A DNA stretch of 24,000 nucleotides from an uncultured Dehalococcoidaceae bacterium. Lineage in GTDB: Bacteria > Chloroflexota > Dehalococcoidia > Dehalococcoidales > RBG-16-60-22. The notes beneath the pieces were generated by a model. That model searched no databases. It was given only the letters and a program-made list of their open reading frames with translations, and was not told where the DNA came from. The position numbers and the translations under genes are program-made. Of this stretch, positions 21,939-24,000 are shown piece after piece. The DNA is taken from assembly GCA_964588605.1 (NCBI GenBank), contig CAZPQB010000002.1:59193-83192 (forward strand). Direction: 5' to 3'. Position 1 is the stretch's first letter. Every line of letters begins with the position of its first letter.

Positions 21939-23207
21939 ATGCAGAACGAAAGCAGTCCGGGCAATAATACGATATTCCGCCGCATAGATTATGTCAAGAT
22001 AACCGTCCTCGGCCTGGCTTTATCGGCCCTCTGGGGCAGCTTTCACAGCGTGGTTCTACCGCTACGCCTTCTGGACTTCGTGGCGGAATCGCAGAAAAAT
22101 ACCTACCTTGGACTGATGACGCTTACAGGGCTGCTACTGGCCATGGCCGTCCAGCCGATAGCCGGGGCTGTCAGCGACCGCTCCAGCTTCAAATGGGGGC
22201 GAAGGCGCCCCTTTATCCTTGTCGGCGGTATGATAACTCTGCTTTTTATCCCTGGAATCGGATTCGCCTGGAGCTACGCCGCTATTTTCGCTGTCTATTG
22301 CCTGATGCAGATAAGCGCCAACATAGCCCAGGGTCCCCACCAGGCTTTCATCCCTGACCTGGCGCCTGAAGAGAGACGCGGGCTGGCTTCAGGCGTGAAG
22401 ACCCTTCTGGAAGTAATCGGCGGCATCGGCCTCGTCTATATAATAATATTCCTCAGCGACCGCTTCGGAGGAGAAAGCTTTTCCTGGATATGGCTTATCC
22501 TGGCGATACTGGCGGCCTTAGTGCTCGCGGCTGTGCTCATCACCATTATCACGGTTAAGGAGCGGCCGGGCACGGTTGTACACCGGCAGCCTTTATTTCC
22601 TGCCCTGATTAACAGCTATAAGATAGATGTCCATAAGAGCCCCGGCTTTATTATCTTCCTGGTATCTCGTCTCCTTTTCATAATGTCACTGACCACTCTA
22701 CAGTCCTTCGCCCTGTATTTCTTCCAGGACACGGTTGAAGTACTAAATCCGGCTACGGCCACGGTCGAGCTTATGGCCGTGCTGGGTATTGGTATGGTGG
22801 GTACAGTCTATATAGCCGGTCGACTTTCCGATAGATTGGGACGCAAACCGATTCTGATTTTCTCGGGGATTATCGGCGCCGCCGGAATACTGGTATTGCT
22901 TCTGGGTCCGAGCTACGGCTACAAGCTTGTAGGAGGCGGACTTGAGGGAATCGCTGTCGGCTCGTTTATGAGTTCAAACTGGGCACTGGCTACCGACCTT
23001 GTTCCTAAAACTGAGGAGGCGAGATATCTCGGCCTGACCAACCTGGCTACGGCCGGTGGAGCTGCTCTGGCGCGACTTATCGGCATTGGCATTGATTATT
23101 TTAACAGCCGAAGTCCCGGACTCGGCTACGACTTCATGCTACTGGTCTGCCTTGCTTATTTCATTATCGGCTCAATAATGATAACGAGAATTAAGAGTCC
23201 AAACTAG
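21939..23207 (+). CDS. MFS transporter (GPH/SLC45-like)
   Basis: 422 aa with about 12 TM segments. The loop 2-3 motif GAVSDRSSFKWGRRRPFIL is typical of GPH/SLC45/folate-biopterin-type MFS carriers. Confidence 0.7.
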   Translation: MQNESSPGNNTIFRRIDYVKITVLGLALSALWGSFHSVVLPLRLLDFVAESQKNTYLGLMTLTGLLLAMAVQPIAGAVSDRSSFKWGRRRPFILVGGMITLLFIPGIGFAWSYAAIFAVYCLMQISANIAQGPHQAFIPDLAPEERRGLASGVKTLLEVIGGIGLVYIIIFLSDRFGGESFSWIWLILAILAALVLAAVLITIITVKERPGTVVHRQPLFPALINSYKIDVHKSPGFIIFLVSRLLFIMSLTTLQSFALYFFQDTVEVLNPATATVELMAVLGIGMVGTVYIAGRLSDRLGRKPILIFSGIIGAAGILVLLLGPSYGYKLVGGGLEGIAVGSFMSSNWALATDLVPKTEEARYLGLTNLATAGGAALARLIGIGIDYFNSRSPGLGYDFMLLVCLAYFIIGSIMITRIKSPN

Positions 23208-23800
23208 CCAAACCAGGGTATTGACTTAAGTCCCAGGGAAGCAAGAGTGGCCATAACCACATATGATATTGTCCTGCCCAGCCAGCAGGCAACGAAGAAC
23301 CTCCATAATGGCATGCGAAGGGCACCGGCGATTATGCCCACAATATCAAAAAAAAATGGGAAAACCGACAATATAAATATCGCTATCCAACCCCACCTTT
23401 TCACCCAACCCTCTACCCTGTTATATACTGTACTTTTTGATAGTAAACCCCGGCCGCTACGTCCGGCAATATAACCCGTCAATTCCCCGATACCCGCGCC
23501 AAGGCCACCAGCCACCCCGACTATTAGCGGCGAAGGCAGCGTAGCTCCGAGGGCCATTATTACGGCCATATTACTGACGGGCATTATTATTGTAGCGTTC
23601 AGAATGATACTGATAATAAAAGCACCGAGGTACCCGTAACTTCTTAACTCCCGGAACACACCAGGGTTTTTCCAGTAAAGATAGCCGATAACTGCCATGA
23701 TGGCAACCGCCAGCAACAGGCCGACCAGGGGAATGCTTCTCTTCCTTAGCCAAGCCAACCACCCCTCTTTATCCTGCTTTTCAGCTTTGGTTTCATCCAT
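23204..23800 (-). CDS. DedA/VTT-domain membrane protein (YqaA-like)
   Basis: 198 aa with GAFIISIILNATIIMP, GELTGYIAGRSG and FDIVGIIAGALRMPLWRF, typical of the DedA/SNARE-associated family. Confidence 0.7.
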   Translation of the reverse strand: MDETKAEKQDKEGWLAWLRKRSIPLVGLLLAVAIMAVIGYLYWKNPGVFRELRSYGYLGAFIISIILNATIIMPVSNMAVIMALGATLPSPLIVGVAGGLGAGIGELTGYIAGRSGRGLLSKSTVYNRVEGWVKRWGWIAIFILSVFPFFFDIVGIIAGALRMPLWRFFVACWLGRTISYVVMATLASLGLKSIPWFG

Positions 23801-23905
23801 ACGCTGAGGTATTATACCATGATGCTATTTGATGCTGATAACCGCACTTGTTTTTATACCCATGTAATCGTTATAATAAACGGTAACCGGAAAGGAGACT
23901 TTAGT

Positions 23906-24000
23906 ATGCCGTCTTATGCCTATTTTCAGAAGCAGATAATACCTCTGGAAGAAGCAAAAATAGGGATTATGACCAATTCCTTCCACTACGGTACTGCTAT
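23906..24000 (+). CDS. ilvE: Branched-chain amino acid aminotransferase, 5' end only
   Basis: AGGAG ribosome-binding site, then ATG at 23906. Translation MPSYAYFQKQIIPLEEAKIGIMTNSFHYGTA resembles IlvE N-termini. The gene is cut by the window edge. Confidence 0.55.
   Translation, partial: MPSYAYFQKQIIPLEEAKIGIMTNSFHYGTA

Noticed and set aside
1-24000. CRISPR arrays, transposases or IS elements, rRNA, and known defence-system hallmarks (large ATPases, nucleases, reverse transcriptase)
   Set aside because: I saw no regularly spaced direct repeats, terminal inverted repeats or matching protein signatures on either strand. All large ORFs have ordinary metabolic or envelope assignments.

Overview
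This is a gene-dense bacterial chromosomal window that is mostly housekeeping and cell-surface-glycan genes. The strong GGAGG ribosome-binding sites, frequent 4-nt start/stop overlaps and gene content (DUF5679, DUF951, TreT, long class II aldolase) suggest a monoderm anaerobe, possibly Chloroflexota-like, but lineage cannot be settled without a search. Bases 1-7811 (minus strand) form one long operon. It encodes the four enzymes of the GDP-D-glycero-alpha-D-manno-heptose pathway (hddC, hddA, gmhA, gmhB), a Trm112-like zinc ribbon and a transaldolase. It continues with a truncated and an intact SAM methyltransferase, a large polytopic membrane protein and a Wzx-like flippase that runs off the window. 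A small XRE regulator and tRNA-Thr(CGU) follow. Next comes a visibly AT-rich stretch (about 8100-10420) holding three small orphan ORFs and a single-domain response regulator behind a near-consensus promoter. The rest is core metabolism: cupin/DUF951/pyrF/SWIM, treT-pfk-fba, a DUF5679 mini-protein, argC, pabB-pabA-pabC, an MFS transporter, a DedA protein and the start of ilvE. I found no CRISPR array, transposase, integrase, rRNA or recognisable defence system. The most unusual observation is two gene junctions where a downstream ORF has no ATG/GTG/TTG start but begins with ATA overlapping the upstream stop (ATAG, ATAA), the same geometry as the ATGA/GTGA overlaps used elsewhere in the window. 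Other points of interest are a perfect consensus promoter placed for leaderless pfk expression, the Trm112/methyltransferase/heptose association, a decayed methyltransferase at a locus junction, and shared operator-like motifs in the AT-rich stretch. All family assignments come from motif recognition by eye and need HMM/BLAST confirmation.
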